A stretch of DNA of 46,458 nucleotides, from the sequence record OR896821.1; one strand, 5' to 3'. The notes under the pieces were generated by a model that saw only the letters and a program-made list of their open reading frames with translations, made no database searches and was not told where the DNA came from. The translations under genes were made by a program, and so were the position numbers. This DNA comes from Escherichia phage Phagiculus. Shown piece after piece: positions 25,508 through 35,241 of the stretch; position 1 is the first letter of the stretch; every line of letters starts with the position of its first letter.

Positions 25508-26644
25508 CTTAGTGAACATTTTAGGACGGCAGATGAATCGACCAACCTCGCCAAACTCTTTATGATAAATAATTACCGCAGCCTGACGCTGTGAACGCCA
25601 GCCTCCATTTGCACTGTATGCGTCAGGAGAGCCAAGCTGACCGTGAACCTCGTCAATACCCAAGTTAGTCTCTGTAATCTTCTGTGAGTGCCAGTGCCCT
25701 GAGTGGGTGTAAACATAATCACTAACACCAAAATCACGTCGCCAATCAGTAGCCATAACAGTCAATCGCGTTTCGGCTTTCCGCATCTGGTGGCCGTGAG
25801 TGTATCCAATCAAAGTAGAGCCAAACTTAGTAACCATCATAGCCGCGGGGCTTACGTCAACCGTGACTCGAGGCTCATCCTCATAGAATGCAGCAAGAGC
25901 GGCGCGAAGCCAAACCATACCAGATTCGTCGTGGTTGCCAGAAATTGTTTTAATATCAATAGTTTGGTGCTTCTCAAGCATCTTACGAATAGCTCGACGA
26001 ACAGACCTAATACAAACATAAACAATCTTAGCATAACGGCTGTCGCTGTCTAAAATATGACCGCTTGCAGGTGTCTTAGCCTCAAGTGAATCATAGTGAA
26101 TCAAGTCACCACCAAGTACAAGTACGGCATTCTTTGAGTTCGGCGCTTCATTTACAGCATAATCAAAGAAGTCATTCATTACCTTTTCTGCGGTTGCCGT
26201 GTCGTAGTTTTCACCACACTCATGCTTGTGAGCCATAGCGCCAATATGAAGGTCAAATACAGGGTACATAGCCAAAGTGTTTTCATCAAAAACTTTACCC
26301 TTAACTTCAACTGGTTCTTCTTTAGGTAACTCGGAGCAGAAAGCCTCTCGAGCTTGCTCCATCAACTGCTCAAGTCGCTCATTGTCAACGCTAGTCTTGA
26401 CCCACCGAATCTTCTCATTTCCTTCTGCGTCAATCATGGTTGATGTTCCCTTCACCATGTAACCATCTGGAACAAGCTTCTTAATGCCAGGATTTCCATG
26501 CAACTCACCAGCCTTAGCCAGCTTACTACGACGCAATTCAACATTGCGAATATTCATACCGTACTTCTCTGCGATTGCCTTGTTAGTCATTCCGTTCGCC
26601 AGTTCTTCACGAAGCTGTTCGTTGCTGATTTTTGCAGTTGCCAT
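25505..26644 (-). CDS. metallophosphoesterase (Mre11/SbcD-like) with N-terminal HTH
   Basis: FDLHIG, GGDLIH, GNHDE, GHWH motifs; N-terminal GMTNKAIAEKYGMNIRNVELRRSKL. Confidence 0.7.
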   Translation of the reverse strand: MATAKISNEQLREELANGMTNKAIAEKYGMNIRNVELRRSKLAKAGELHGNPGIKKLVPDGYMVKGTSTMIDAEGNEKIRWVKTSVDNERLEQLMEQAREAFCSELPKEEPVEVKGKVFDENTLAMYPVFDLHIGAMAHKHECGENYDTATAEKVMNDFFDYAVNEAPNSKNAVLVLGGDLIHYDSLEAKTPASGHILDSDSRYAKIVYVCIRSVRRAIRKMLEKHQTIDIKTISGNHDESGMVWLRAALAAFYEDEPRVTVDVSPAAMMVTKFGSTLIGYTHGHQMRKAETRLTVMATDWRRDFGVSDYVYTHSGHWHSQKITETNLGIDEVHGQLGSPDAYSANGGWRSQRQAAVIIYHKEFGEVGRFICRPKMFTK

Positions 26645-26726
26645 TTTTAAGTTCCTTAATTCATTACGATAAAGTATAAGATAGTAAAGCTAAACAGTGG
26701 TGCTAATGCTACTAGTGTTAGTGTTC

Positions 26727-27008
26727 TCATTCAACCTCTTTTAACCAGTAATCAATCAGCTCCGCACTAATTGCTAACTTCTGATCCAGGTCGGTCATGC
26801 AAAGGTTACCACAAGCTGGTGAGTAGTAAATCTGCACCCACTTACCTTCTTTAGTTTTTGCGTTAACATCCACATAGTCAGGAGGAAACCAGTCAGAGAT
26901 AGGTATCGCCATAAACTTTGCACCACTTTGTCCATGCACTAAATCGTAATGCTCAGGCTGAAAATCTAAACCCAACATATTTAACCCTTCGTTATCTTGA
27001 ACTTGCAT
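26727..27008 (-). CDS. hypothetical protein (93 aa)
   Basis: ORF. Confidence 0.45.
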   Translation of the reverse strand: MQVQDNEGLNMLGLDFQPEHYDLVHGQSGAKFMAIPISDWFPPDYVDVNAKTKEGKWVQIYYSPACGNLCMTDLDQKLAISAELIDYWLKEVE

Positions 27009-27223
27009 CCCTGAGATTTCAGGAACTCGTTAACATCAATACTCACACCAGGCTTAACTCTTACATGCTTTCTTGGCCTTTCTTCCATGTAAGAAAATTT
27101 ACCATTGAATACAACGCTAATATCTTTTATGTCAAAGAAGCGGGATATCTGTTTAATATCATCCTGCAATCCTGCCTCTCCACAGTGCGCCCATACAGCG
27201 GCGCGTCCGGTTTTAACTATCAT
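26981..27223 (-). CDS. hypothetical protein (80 aa)
   Basis: ORF. Confidence 0.45.
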   Translation of the reverse strand: MIVKTGRAAVWAHCGEAGLQDDIKQISRFFDIKDISVVFNGKFSYMEERPRKHVRVKPGVSIDVNEFLKSQGCKFKITKG

Positions 27224-27345
27224 AGGCCGTAAGCCATTTTTAAATATTCTCTAGCGCACATCCATGACCGTTCTGACTTACTCTTAACGGCATCTCTTGC
27301 GTAAACCTGTGCAATCTCGAACATCTCTCTGTCTACAATTTTCAT
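27220..27345 (-). CDS. hypothetical small protein (41 aa), not in ORF track
   Basis: TAATG and ATGA overlaps with both neighbours. Confidence 0.3.
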   Translation of the reverse strand: MKIVDREMFEIAQVYARDAVKSKSERSWMCAREYLKMAYGL

Positions 27346-27584
27346 TAATGCAACTCCTCGCACTCAAAGCTAAAAATAATCATGTCGTTATAATCAGTAA
27401 GGTAATACGAAGTGCCATCAAGTGACTTTTCAGCCTCGAAGACTTTTGCATCTCCCTTACTTTCAGTGAGGTAATACGAAGTGCCATCAAATGATTTTTC
27501 AGCCTCGAATACTCTTGTACCTCCCTTACTTTCAATCCACCTTGATAGTGCCATTGTTGGGTTTGTGATTACTATTTTCATCAT
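27345..27584 (-). CDS. hypothetical protein with internal 23-aa tandem repeat
   Basis: VFEAEKSFDGTSYYLTE / VFEAEKSLDGTSYYLTD. Confidence 0.5.
   Translation of the reverse strand: MMKIVITNPTMALSRWIESKGGTRVFEAEKSFDGTSYYLTESKGDAKVFEAEKSLDGTSYYLTDYNDMIIFSFECEELH
27397..27536. repeat. 69-bp tandem duplication (2 copies, near-identical) inside CDS
   Basis: ggtaatacgaagtgccatcaa...cctcgaa...cccttactttca repeated with period 69. Confidence 0.8.
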
Positions 27585-27802
27585 TTAAAATCCTCTGGGC
27601 AATCTTTTTTCATTTCTTCGATGTCTGCAACCATACGTTCACGCCATGTTTCGATATCTGTATTTAGATAATCTTCTTCAAAGCTCATGTCAATACAAAG
27701 TGATAAGTCCCATGGGTTTTTGTTATAACCAGATTTCTTTAGCTCCTCAACTGCCATTAACTTAAATACTTCCCATTGATTTTCAAAAGTAAAAATAGCC
27801 AT
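27581..27802 (-). CDS. hypothetical protein (73 aa)
   Basis: ORF. Confidence 0.45.
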   Translation of the reverse strand: MAIFTFENQWEVFKLMAVEELKKSGYNKNPWDLSLCIDMSFEEDYLNTDIETWRERMVADIEEMKKDCPEDFK

Positions 27803-27996
27803 TATTCTGATACCTCATCAAATTTTTCGCCGAATACGTTTTTAACAGTTTCTAAATCATCTTTGTAGGTTGGGCTAACTTCGAATGCGTAACCATCACC
27901 ATCATCAAGGACATAACCTTCTTCATTGATTACTAATTCATATTCGTAACCAGTCTTGCGTGATTCGTAGATTTTGCCAGTGTATATAGTAGTCAT
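27802..27996 (-). CDS. hypothetical protein (64 aa)
   Basis: ATG at 27996 after GAGAGAG leader; ORF-track start at 28044 overlaps the -10 element. Confidence 0.45.
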   Translation of the reverse strand: MTTIYTGKIYESRKTGYEYELVINEEGYVLDDGDGYAFEVSPTYKDDLETVKNVFGEKFDEVSE

Positions 27997-28032
27997 TTTG
28001 TTTCTCTCTCTGCGTTTCGTTTCGATGAAGTG

Positions 28033-28075
28033 ATAATACATCACTTCTCCGATTCGTCTTTAGCAATTAGTGCTA
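28033..28075 (-). promoter_or_regulatory. conserved promoter module
   Basis: tagcaattagtgcta at 28061..28075; aagacg; minus-strand TATTAT at 28038..28033; leader CATCGAAACGAAACG. Confidence 0.6.
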
Positions 28076-28450
28076 TTTTGATAAGTAATCCTCAATCGCC
28101 AGCTTAAACATTTCAAAACCGTAACAGATAGCTGCGTAACCTCCTGTTTCTGATACCTTTTCTAGGAAATCCTTTTGCTCCTTTGAAACCTTGCTATCTG
28201 ATTTTATTGCGCGCTTAAGTTCGATTGCCGCGAATCCATTTGGTCCAATCAGCAAGATATCTGAAACTCCCTTGATTACACCTTCCTGCTTATCCTTGAC
28301 GGCAGTTCCAATTGACTTCAGGCCTTCATTCTTGACGTGAAAGGCAAATATCTCAGGGTGGTTATGACGCACCCAAGCAATCGAATTAACCTGGTGAACA
28401 ACCTCTTTAGCTTTATCCGTGCTTGTCTTGTCGTGAAATACTTTAATCAT
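28073..28450 (-). CDS. VRR-NUC domain nuclease
   Basis: GVSDILLIGPNGFAAIELK D...E.K pattern; AAGGAG RBS before ATG at 28450. Confidence 0.5.
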   Translation of the reverse strand: MIKVFHDKTSTDKAKEVVHQVNSIAWVRHNHPEIFAFHVKNEGLKSIGTAVKDKQEGVIKGVSDILLIGPNGFAAIELKRAIKSDSKVSKEQKDFLEKVSETGGYAAICYGFEMFKLAIEDYLSK

Positions 28451-28451
28451 A

Positions 28452-30382
28452 TTAGAACTCCTTATTTGCCATGTTATCGCCACCTTTGGCGGTCTTACGG
28501 TGAGTTACTCGCTTTGGAGCCTGAATGTATTGTGCGAACTCCATAATCTTACGAGCATTGCGATATGCAGCCATGTATCTTTTAGCATTCATATCTACTA
28601 CATGCCCCTTAATTCCATTATTCAACCATAAAGTCTTGCATACTCGATGGTCCGACTCTACAAAGAAAACCTCCTGAGCCTTAAATGTCCCACCCATGCC
28701 GTCATCAAGGACGTAGTTGTAGATGATTCCTGATTGGTTCTTGGTGAGGCCAACTTTGAAATCAACAACATCAAACCAGTCATTTTTTCTATAATGTTTA
28801 CCGCTTAACTTCAGATTTGGGTCAAGCAAAGTGCAATCACAACCCCTGCAAATCTTGGCAGCTACGTCATTCTGAACTCCACAACCTTTAACGGTAATCT
28901 TTCCTGTGCGTGGGTCCTTCTGGTCTTCACAGGTGCGACTAACCCAGAAATATTCACAGCGATTGTTATTCTCATCAACATGCATACAGCGACGAGCATA
29001 AAAGCTATTCTCAGTTCCGCAAACTGGGCACTGCTTGGTTTCCTTGCCATTACTCTTGCGTAGCTGATATTGGGCCTGTTCAAGTATTGGGTTGAAGTAA
29101 AGCGCAGCCATTGAATCCATAGTTCCAGCGAAATCCAAAACAAGGTGGTCATTCTTGACCATTCCTTTATCTTCATGAAACTTTTTGAGTTTACGCATCC
29201 CTCGACCAAGAAGCTGAACAAGAAGTGTAAGGCTACCAATCTTGCGAAGAATAACGCTTGTATCCCATGTTGGTACGTTAACCCCAGTAGTCAGAGCCTG
29301 AACCTGGAAGCAGTATTTTATCTCTCCATTAAAGCACTTATCTAATAACTCTTTACGCTGCTTTTCACCAGTCTTGCCAGTAATAACGCAGAAAGTTTCC
29401 CCTTCTGGCAAGTAGCTAGCCGCTTCATGGCAATGTCTTTCACCAGCACAAGTAACCAGAACTCCGTTACGGTCTTTAGCAGCGAGCCAGACCTTCTTCA
29501 TTATCTCAGCTGTCATTGTTCCGGACTGCTGAATCTTCTTCTCCATTGCCTCAAGCTGAGCCTTTGTATAGTCCTGCACTCCATCATCTGCGGAAGTGTC
29601 GAACTCTGACAGGTCATAACCCATACCATCAGTGGCGCCAAAGTTTGTCGGTACTACGGAGCCGAACTCAACAAGATAATCTGTATCTATATTTGTAACA
29701 GTCTCGCGCCAGAACCCCATCTCCTTTTTGTTCTCAACGACAATTGGAGTGGTTCCACGGAAAGGTGAGCCAGTCAGGCCAAAGATACGCAGGTTCTTGC
29801 CATACTTGGCTCGGCAGCGTTCCATTAAAGTCAGGATGATAACTGTGTACTGGCTGCGACCTTTATCTGATGCCTGTTGCGCAGTTTCGTTGTTATCAAT
29901 TGCCTCTGCGATATCCTGGTCATCAACCATGTGACACTCATCAATAGCAACTACCGCAGGGCAAAAATCACCAAGTGACTTCTCAAGACCTCCAACTACC
30001 GTGCCCTCGGAGCCAACTACAATTGGGAAATAAGAAGACTTAATGCCAAGTCCTGAGCAATAGATAGAGTTAGGTACACCATAGTCAGAAATCTCAGAAG
30101 CATTCTGGCTAACTAACTCAGCCTGACGCGCGAGAACAAGCATTGGCAAGCCAAGTTCGGAGCAGCGCTTAGCGACCATGCCAAAAACAAGCGTCTTACC
30201 TGCGGAAACCGAAGCCATTGCGATGAATGGGTGCTCATAACGACCAATACGTTTTGCAATCTCATTGTACATTACACACTGATAGCTATAAGGAACCATG
30301 CCGTTTGATGAAGTGAATTTAGTTTGAATCTCTTTGATTTTATCTTCGCCAAGTTCTGCAATCTGTTTCTTAATATTAATCA
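28452..30382 (-). CDS. SF2 DEAD/DEAH-type helicase with C-terminal Cys-rich zinc-ribbon region
   Basis: Walker A SVSAGKTLV, Walker B AIDECHMV; CPVCG...C...C cluster; ORF-track start at 30431 is TTG and overlaps the promoter. Confidence 0.8.
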
Positions 30383-30394
30383 TGACCTTGCCAT

Positions 30395-30422
30395 TTGTTT
30401 CGTTTATGTATGGTGCTATAAT
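30395..30422 (+). promoter_or_regulatory. sigma70-like extended -10 promoter for HTH gene
   Basis: TTGTTT - 16 nt - TGcTATAAT on plus strand. Confidence 0.4.
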
Positions 30423-30459
30423 ACACGACAAGCGAAAACACTTTTAGCAAAAAATGCTA
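30418..30459 (-). promoter_or_regulatory. conserved promoter module (divergent with 30395..30422)
   Basis: tagcaaaaaatgcta at 30445..30459; minus-strand TATTAT at 30423..30418. Confidence 0.5.
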
Positions 30460-30469
30460 TCGAGGTTAA

Positions 30470-31016
30470 TATGTCAGAAAAAATTGCATTATCTACTGGT
30501 GAGATTGATAAGAGAACCACCAACGGAAACAACGGAATCTCTCGCAGTGAAGACAAGAAGCCACGCAAGCGCCCCAGTGGTTACTACGTATTAAAGGATG
30601 AGGTTAAGGCTGGTCTTAAGGCTAGGCTTGAGATTATCTTAGGATGCTTTGAATCAAAGGCAGATATGGCCAGGAAGTTGAAAGTGAGCCCTCAAGTGGT
30701 CGATCAGTGGTTTAAGCGTGGTTTTATATCAGTTGATGGCGCTTATAAAATGCATAAGTACATGAAGCGAACAGGGTTGGGTTATCGCGCCTCTTTTTGC
30801 AGACCAGACATCAAGTTCGATTCCAACGGCAAGCCACTACATAAGCGATGCCAGGACCGTAGAATGATGCGGGTAGTTACCGATAAAGAGTTGAAGATGA
30901 AGCCAATGGAAAAGAACTGGCGACAAAAGAAGAAGGAGAAAGCACTGAAGAAAATTCAGGAGAAGGAAGCTAGAGAGCATTGGATAAACGCCTTTTCAGA
31001 TATTGAGCACGAATAG
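30470..31016 (+). CDS. Cro/YdaS-like HTH DNA-binding protein with basic N-terminus and K/E-rich C-terminus
   Basis: KADMARKLKVSPQVVDQWFKRGFIS ... CRPDIKF pattern typical of the YdaS/Cro family. Confidence 0.5.
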
Positions 31017-31076
31017 TCAAAAAATACCACCTAAACGGTGGTATTTTTGTATGCAATGTAGATGAGGAGAGTAGAC

Positions 31077-31988
31077 ATGAACTACGATAAGAATGAAGTT
31101 ATTTCCAGAATGAAGGGGCTTTGGCCTGACGCTCTCGTTAAGCTGTGTGGGGTAAATCCAGCGGTATTCAAGAGCAGAAAGCATCAGCCATGCATCTACT
31201 GTGGAGGAACTGACAGGTTTCGATGGACAGACAAGGTTAATGAGCAGGGTGACGGAGGCGCTATCTGCAACCAGTGCGGCGCTGGTGATGGCATTAAGTG
31301 GATTGAGAAGATGAGGGGTGAGTCTTTTAGCGAGGCCGTAAATACTGTTGGTGAGTGGCTGAATCTCGTCCCTGTTGAAGTCGTTAACAAGGCAAACAAA
31401 TCCGCAAGCAGGGTTCAGCGCTATAAGAATGGCGCTCAATCATCTCCAGAATTAATAGAGAAGGTAATGTCTCGCACCAAGTCGGTAGAAATCACACAGC
31501 TAACGAGATATGAAGCCATTATTGCTGAGCGTGAATACAAAATAGGCATCAATGAGTCTGGAGAGGAAATTATAGCCGAGCAATGCTTTATGGTTTACGA
31601 GGATGGATTTGCTGACGAGCCTTGCAACGTAAAATTTATCAATGAAGAAGGTAATGAGTCATACCTTGCAAAAGATTATACACGCGGTTCGATAGTTCCG
31701 GTCAGTGAATGTAATGAAGGCTCTATCTATCTAACAGTTGGCTGGGTTAATGCAATGCATGTCGCGGAATGTACAGGAAGGACGACATATGACTGCCTAA
31801 CGCATTACAACCTAGAGATGGTTGCGTACGAACTCAGGAATAAAGACTGCCGCATAGCCTGCCTCAGAGATGATAAGGAGTCGCTTTATGTTGCTGACGA
31901 CAGGTGCATTAAAGTTGTTGTTCCAAATGGAAACTCATTCAAGAATGGATTGGAGAGAAAACTATATTCACCACAAGATTTAATCTAA
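31077..31988 (+). CDS. DNA primase (zinc-ribbon N-terminus)
   Basis: CIYCGGTDRFRWTD...CNQCGAGDG zinc-binding motif typical of phage primases. Confidence 0.6.
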   Translation: MNYDKNEVISRMKGLWPDALVKLCGVNPAVFKSRKHQPCIYCGGTDRFRWTDKVNEQGDGGAICNQCGAGDGIKWIEKMRGESFSEAVNTVGEWLNLVPVEVVNKANKSASRVQRYKNGAQSSPELIEKVMSRTKSVEITQLTRYEAIIAEREYKIGINESGEEIIAEQCFMVYEDGFADEPCNVKFINEEGNESYLAKDYTRGSIVPVSECNEGSIYLTVGWVNAMHVAECTGRTTYDCLTHYNLEMVAYELRNKDCRIACLRDDKESLYVADDRCIKVVVPNGNSFKNGLERKLYSPQDLI

Positions 31989-32010
31989 CCCTCTTCGGAG
32001 GGTTTTTTAT
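31986..32010 (+). terminator. intrinsic terminator after primase
   Basis: AACCCTC-TTCG-GAGGGTT followed by TTTTTT. Confidence 0.65.
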
Positions 32011-32060
32011 TGCAACCAATCTGATACAATAGGTTTTATCTATCAAAAAGGAGAAATAAC

Positions 32061-34745
32061 ATGGCAATTTATGACGCTGGCACAGCATCAATGACAGCTA
32101 ATGGCATTGTTACTGGCGTTGGTACTTCATGGCAACAACCTCTAACCCTCATTAGGGTTGGGGCTACAATGGTATTTAAAACAAATCCAGTTACCGCTGT
32201 AACAGTTGCTGAGATTATTAGCGACACAAGTATTCGTGCATTCAATACAAAATCAACTGTAGTTCCGGCTGGCACTCAGTACTTCATTTTGGCTCACGAT
32301 GGAATCACAGTTCAGGGACTGGCTCAAGACGTCGCTGAAACACTGCGTTACTACCAGTCACAAGAAACGAGCGTTGCCTCCTTGGTACAACTTGCGCAGT
32401 CTGGTGATTTTGACTTTGATCGCCTTGAGACTTTGGTTAATGAAGCTAAGTCAAGCGAGACAAACGCAGCATCAAGCGCATCGTCTGCGGCGGCAAGTCA
32501 GCAAGCGGCAGCAACAAGCCAGGCTCAGGCGGAATCAAGTGCCTCAAGTGCTCAGAGTGCATATAACAATACCGTTAATGCTATTGCTAATGCTGGGGAT
32601 GCATCAACCTTGGTTACTCTATCTGGATGGGGCATAGGTTCAAGTAGTGGAATGACACTTTTGGATTCTCTTGATTTTCAGAACTTTACTTTTGTAATCG
32701 GTGCTTACTATAGGGTTGCTTACTCAAATGTAACAAATGCGCCTCCTTCACTTGTCGTACCAACAACTGCAACCCTCGTTATAAATGTAACTAGCGGCGG
32801 AAGCGTAAACAATAGGGTTATGGATGTGGCAACATATACCGCATCTGACAATAACTTTAGGAAGTACAGCCTGTCATACAACGGCGCGCCAGGCTCTAGG
32901 GTTTTTTATGTTAGGGAGTCTATTTATTTGCCTGGTGGATCTGAAGTTGGTGGGGCTAACGCTCAAAGGGTTAGGGGTTTGCTTGATGTTTACTCAAAAG
33001 CTGAGTCTGATGCAGTGAGAACTATCGCGCTTGGTGGAACTGGTGCTACAACCGCTGCCGCTGCAAGGGAAAACCTTGATGTCTTCTCGCGCGATGAATC
33101 AAGACCCCAGCTTAAATCTTCATCATACCCAAATCTTCTTGATGCGATTACTGATGCAGTATCAAAGGGATATGATTTGTTGATTGACAGGGCAGAGAAT
33201 ATTACCCAGCCAATAAGACTGTCACTATCTGGAAGGGATTTCTCAATAAAAAGCACATCCGACGGTTGGATTAATTTTACACCATCTAATCCTAACACCT
33301 ATTATCAGGTTCTTACTTTTGACGGAACAGGTGTCGAGAGATTGATTACAGAAGTAAAAATTGATGGAGGAAAAGTTCGCGGTGTAGGTCGTGCAATATT
33401 GGGTATAGCGTCAAACTATGTGGCTTACCATAAAGAATCATCTGAAATGAGGAATATATCTGCTGGCGTTAACTGCACTGGCGCTAAGTTGCATGAGTGT
33501 GTTGGTGCTTATTATTATAATGTATTCCAGCAGCTTGCAAGTCAGGACTGGAGTGCTGGTGTTTATGGTTATGGCTGTGTTCCTATCGACTGCAAAACGG
33601 TAGTTATCTCTGGGTGCACGTTTGGTATTGAATCCATGCCTCTTGATCGACACGCAGTTTATTCTAGTTCAAGAGATGACGGAACGGGATACAATGATTT
33701 TGTTTTCGTTTCAAAAAACAACTGTTACATGCGTGATTATTCGTCAGAGACTGCGGAGACAACGTTTGAAAGGTGCTTTAAGTTCATTGGAACTAAAAAT
33801 GTTGTTGTTGATTCTAATGTTGTTATTGGTGGTTATGGCGGTGTCTTAATAACCTGCCGCAAGGACGATAGGGTTAACTATGTTGGTGTATCAAATAATA
33901 GCTTTAGAGTCTTCTCTTCTGGAGTTGAAGTTTCATACCAGGACGCAGCAGCTCAGAACCAATCAACAGCAACATGGTCAGTTGGAACTTTAAAAGTTAA
34001 CGACAACAGGTTTGATTTGACGACAAATGCGTCTGGTATATCGAATGGGATTGCGTGGAGGAATGTTGATAAAGTTTATGATTTCAATAATTACTACACT
34101 CAGCTTTCTTACCCATCCAGCACTGGTTTGACTGTCTTTTACCCGCGGTCTGATAGGATTAGGTCTTCACTCTTCATTTCCAAGGGTAGTCACTATTCAG
34201 GATTCAATAACATAACAAGGGAAATGGCGCCAACAGTAACTAGTATTGAATTAACCTGCCAGAACGCTGTTAGTTCACAGACTCCACTTAACGCGACAGG
34301 AGCAAATAACCAGTATGCTTTCGTAAGGTCTATAGATGGAAGTGCATCGTGGAGGACCTACACTGGGTCTTCAATACCTGGCTTTAGGTATTTTGACTCA
34401 ACATTAAATAAGGTTATATATAATACCGGAACTGGAACTTGGAATGATGAGAGTGGCTTTTTAAGTGTTGGCACGCTAGCATCAAGACCGGATGGTGTAC
34501 CTGTTAACTTTAGGTATTGGGAGGTGGATCAATCAAGGTATGTTGTCTGGACTGGCTCTACCTGGGTTTTATCAACAAAGTCATTCTCTCCAACACCTTT
34601 AGCTGCAACAACTGCTCAGATAAAAGCCATAGATAAAACAATACTTGGCTACGGGCATGTTGTTTATGATACTACAGCTAAAAAGCCAGCGTTCTTTGAC
34701 CAGCTTGCTCAGGCATGGAGGTATGCAGACGGAACGGCGATATAA
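32061..34745 (+). CDS. tail fibre protein
   Basis: 894 aa, Ser/Ala/Gln-rich fibrous segment, Gly/Ser/Thr/Asn-rich C-terminal region. Confidence 0.6.
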   Translation: MAIYDAGTASMTANGIVTGVGTSWQQPLTLIRVGATMVFKTNPVTAVTVAEIISDTSIRAFNTKSTVVPAGTQYFILAHDGITVQGLAQDVAETLRYYQSQETSVASLVQLAQSGDFDFDRLETLVNEAKSSETNAASSASSAAASQQAAATSQAQAESSASSAQSAYNNTVNAIANAGDASTLVTLSGWGIGSSSGMTLLDSLDFQNFTFVIGAYYRVAYSNVTNAPPSLVVPTTATLVINVTSGGSVNNRVMDVATYTASDNNFRKYSLSYNGAPGSRVFYVRESIYLPGGSEVGGANAQRVRGLLDVYSKAESDAVRTIALGGTGATTAAAARENLDVFSRDESRPQLKSSSYPNLLDAITDAVSKGYDLLIDRAENITQPIRLSLSGRDFSIKSTSDGWINFTPSNPNTYYQVLTFDGTGVERLITEVKIDGGKVRGVGRAILGIASNYVAYHKESSEMRNISAGVNCTGAKLHECVGAYYYNVFQQLASQDWSAGVYGYGCVPIDCKTVVISGCTFGIESMPLDRHAVYSSSRDDGTGYNDFVFVSKNNCYMRDYSSETAETTFERCFKFIGTKNVVVDSNVVIGGYGGVLITCRKDDRVNYVGVSNNSFRVFSSGVEVSYQDAAAQNQSTATWSVGTLKVNDNRFDLTTNASGISNGIAWRNVDKVYDFNNYYTQLSYPSSTGLTVFYPRSDRIRSSLFISKGSHYSGFNNITREMAPTVTSIELTCQNAVSSQTPLNATGANNQYAFVRSIDGSASWRTYTGSSIPGFRYFDSTLNKVIYNTGTGTWNDESGFLSVGTLASRPDGVPVNFRYWEVDQSRYVVWTGSTWVLSTKSFSPTPLAATTAQIKAIDKTILGYGHVVYDTTAKKPAFFDQLAQAWRYADGTAI

Positions 34746-34775
34746 AAAAAGCCCCTTAAGGGGCTTTATCTTTTA
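34744..34775. terminator. bidirectional terminator between tail fibre and SSB genes
   Basis: AAGCCCC-TTAA-GGGGCTT flanked by A-run and T-run. Confidence 0.65.
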
Positions 34776-34777
34776 CA

Positions 34778-35194
34778 TCAGAACGGGATGTCCTCATCGT
34801 CACTAAAGCGGCTTTGTTGCTGAGGTTGTTGTCGCTGCTGCTGAGGTTGTTTTTGCTGCTGTGGTGCTGATTCCCCACCACGCTGGCTAAACATCAATCG
34901 CGGGTTCTGCAACTCAAGTGTAATATATGTCTTACCATTATGTTTCCGCTCGTTAACTGCTAATGAATCACCGCTCACAGAGATAACCTTTCCTTCCTGG
35001 AAGGCTTCATCATACCAACTAATCTGCGCCTCGCTTGCAAAAAGCGTAATTCTGTAATTGGTATATTTACGCTCTCCATCTTTAGTCTTGTAAGATTCGC
35101 TCATCTCGATAGCGTACATCTTCCAGTTCCCTTTTGCATTCTGACCATCTTTAGTGTAAGGAGCCTTACGAATCTGACCTGTAATTACGTGCAT
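34778..35194 (-). CDS. ssb: single-stranded DNA-binding protein
   Basis: OB-fold-like N-terminus, Gln/Pro-rich linker, acidic tail SDDEDIPF. Confidence 0.8.
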   Translation of the reverse strand: MHVITGQIRKAPYTKDGQNAKGNWKMYAIEMSESYKTKDGERKYTNYRITLFASEAQISWYDEAFQEGKVISVSGDSLAVNERKHNGKTYITLELQNPRLMFSQRGGESAPQQQKQPQQQRQQPQQQSRFSDDEDIPF

Positions 35195-35241
35195 ATTATT
35201 CTCTCTTCTCGTTTGATTCTGGGGCCGAAGCCCCGTTTAAT

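Noticed and set aside
31017-31439. ORF 31017..31439 (-) and 31196..31399 (-)
   Set aside because: Antisense to the primase gene; no RBS.
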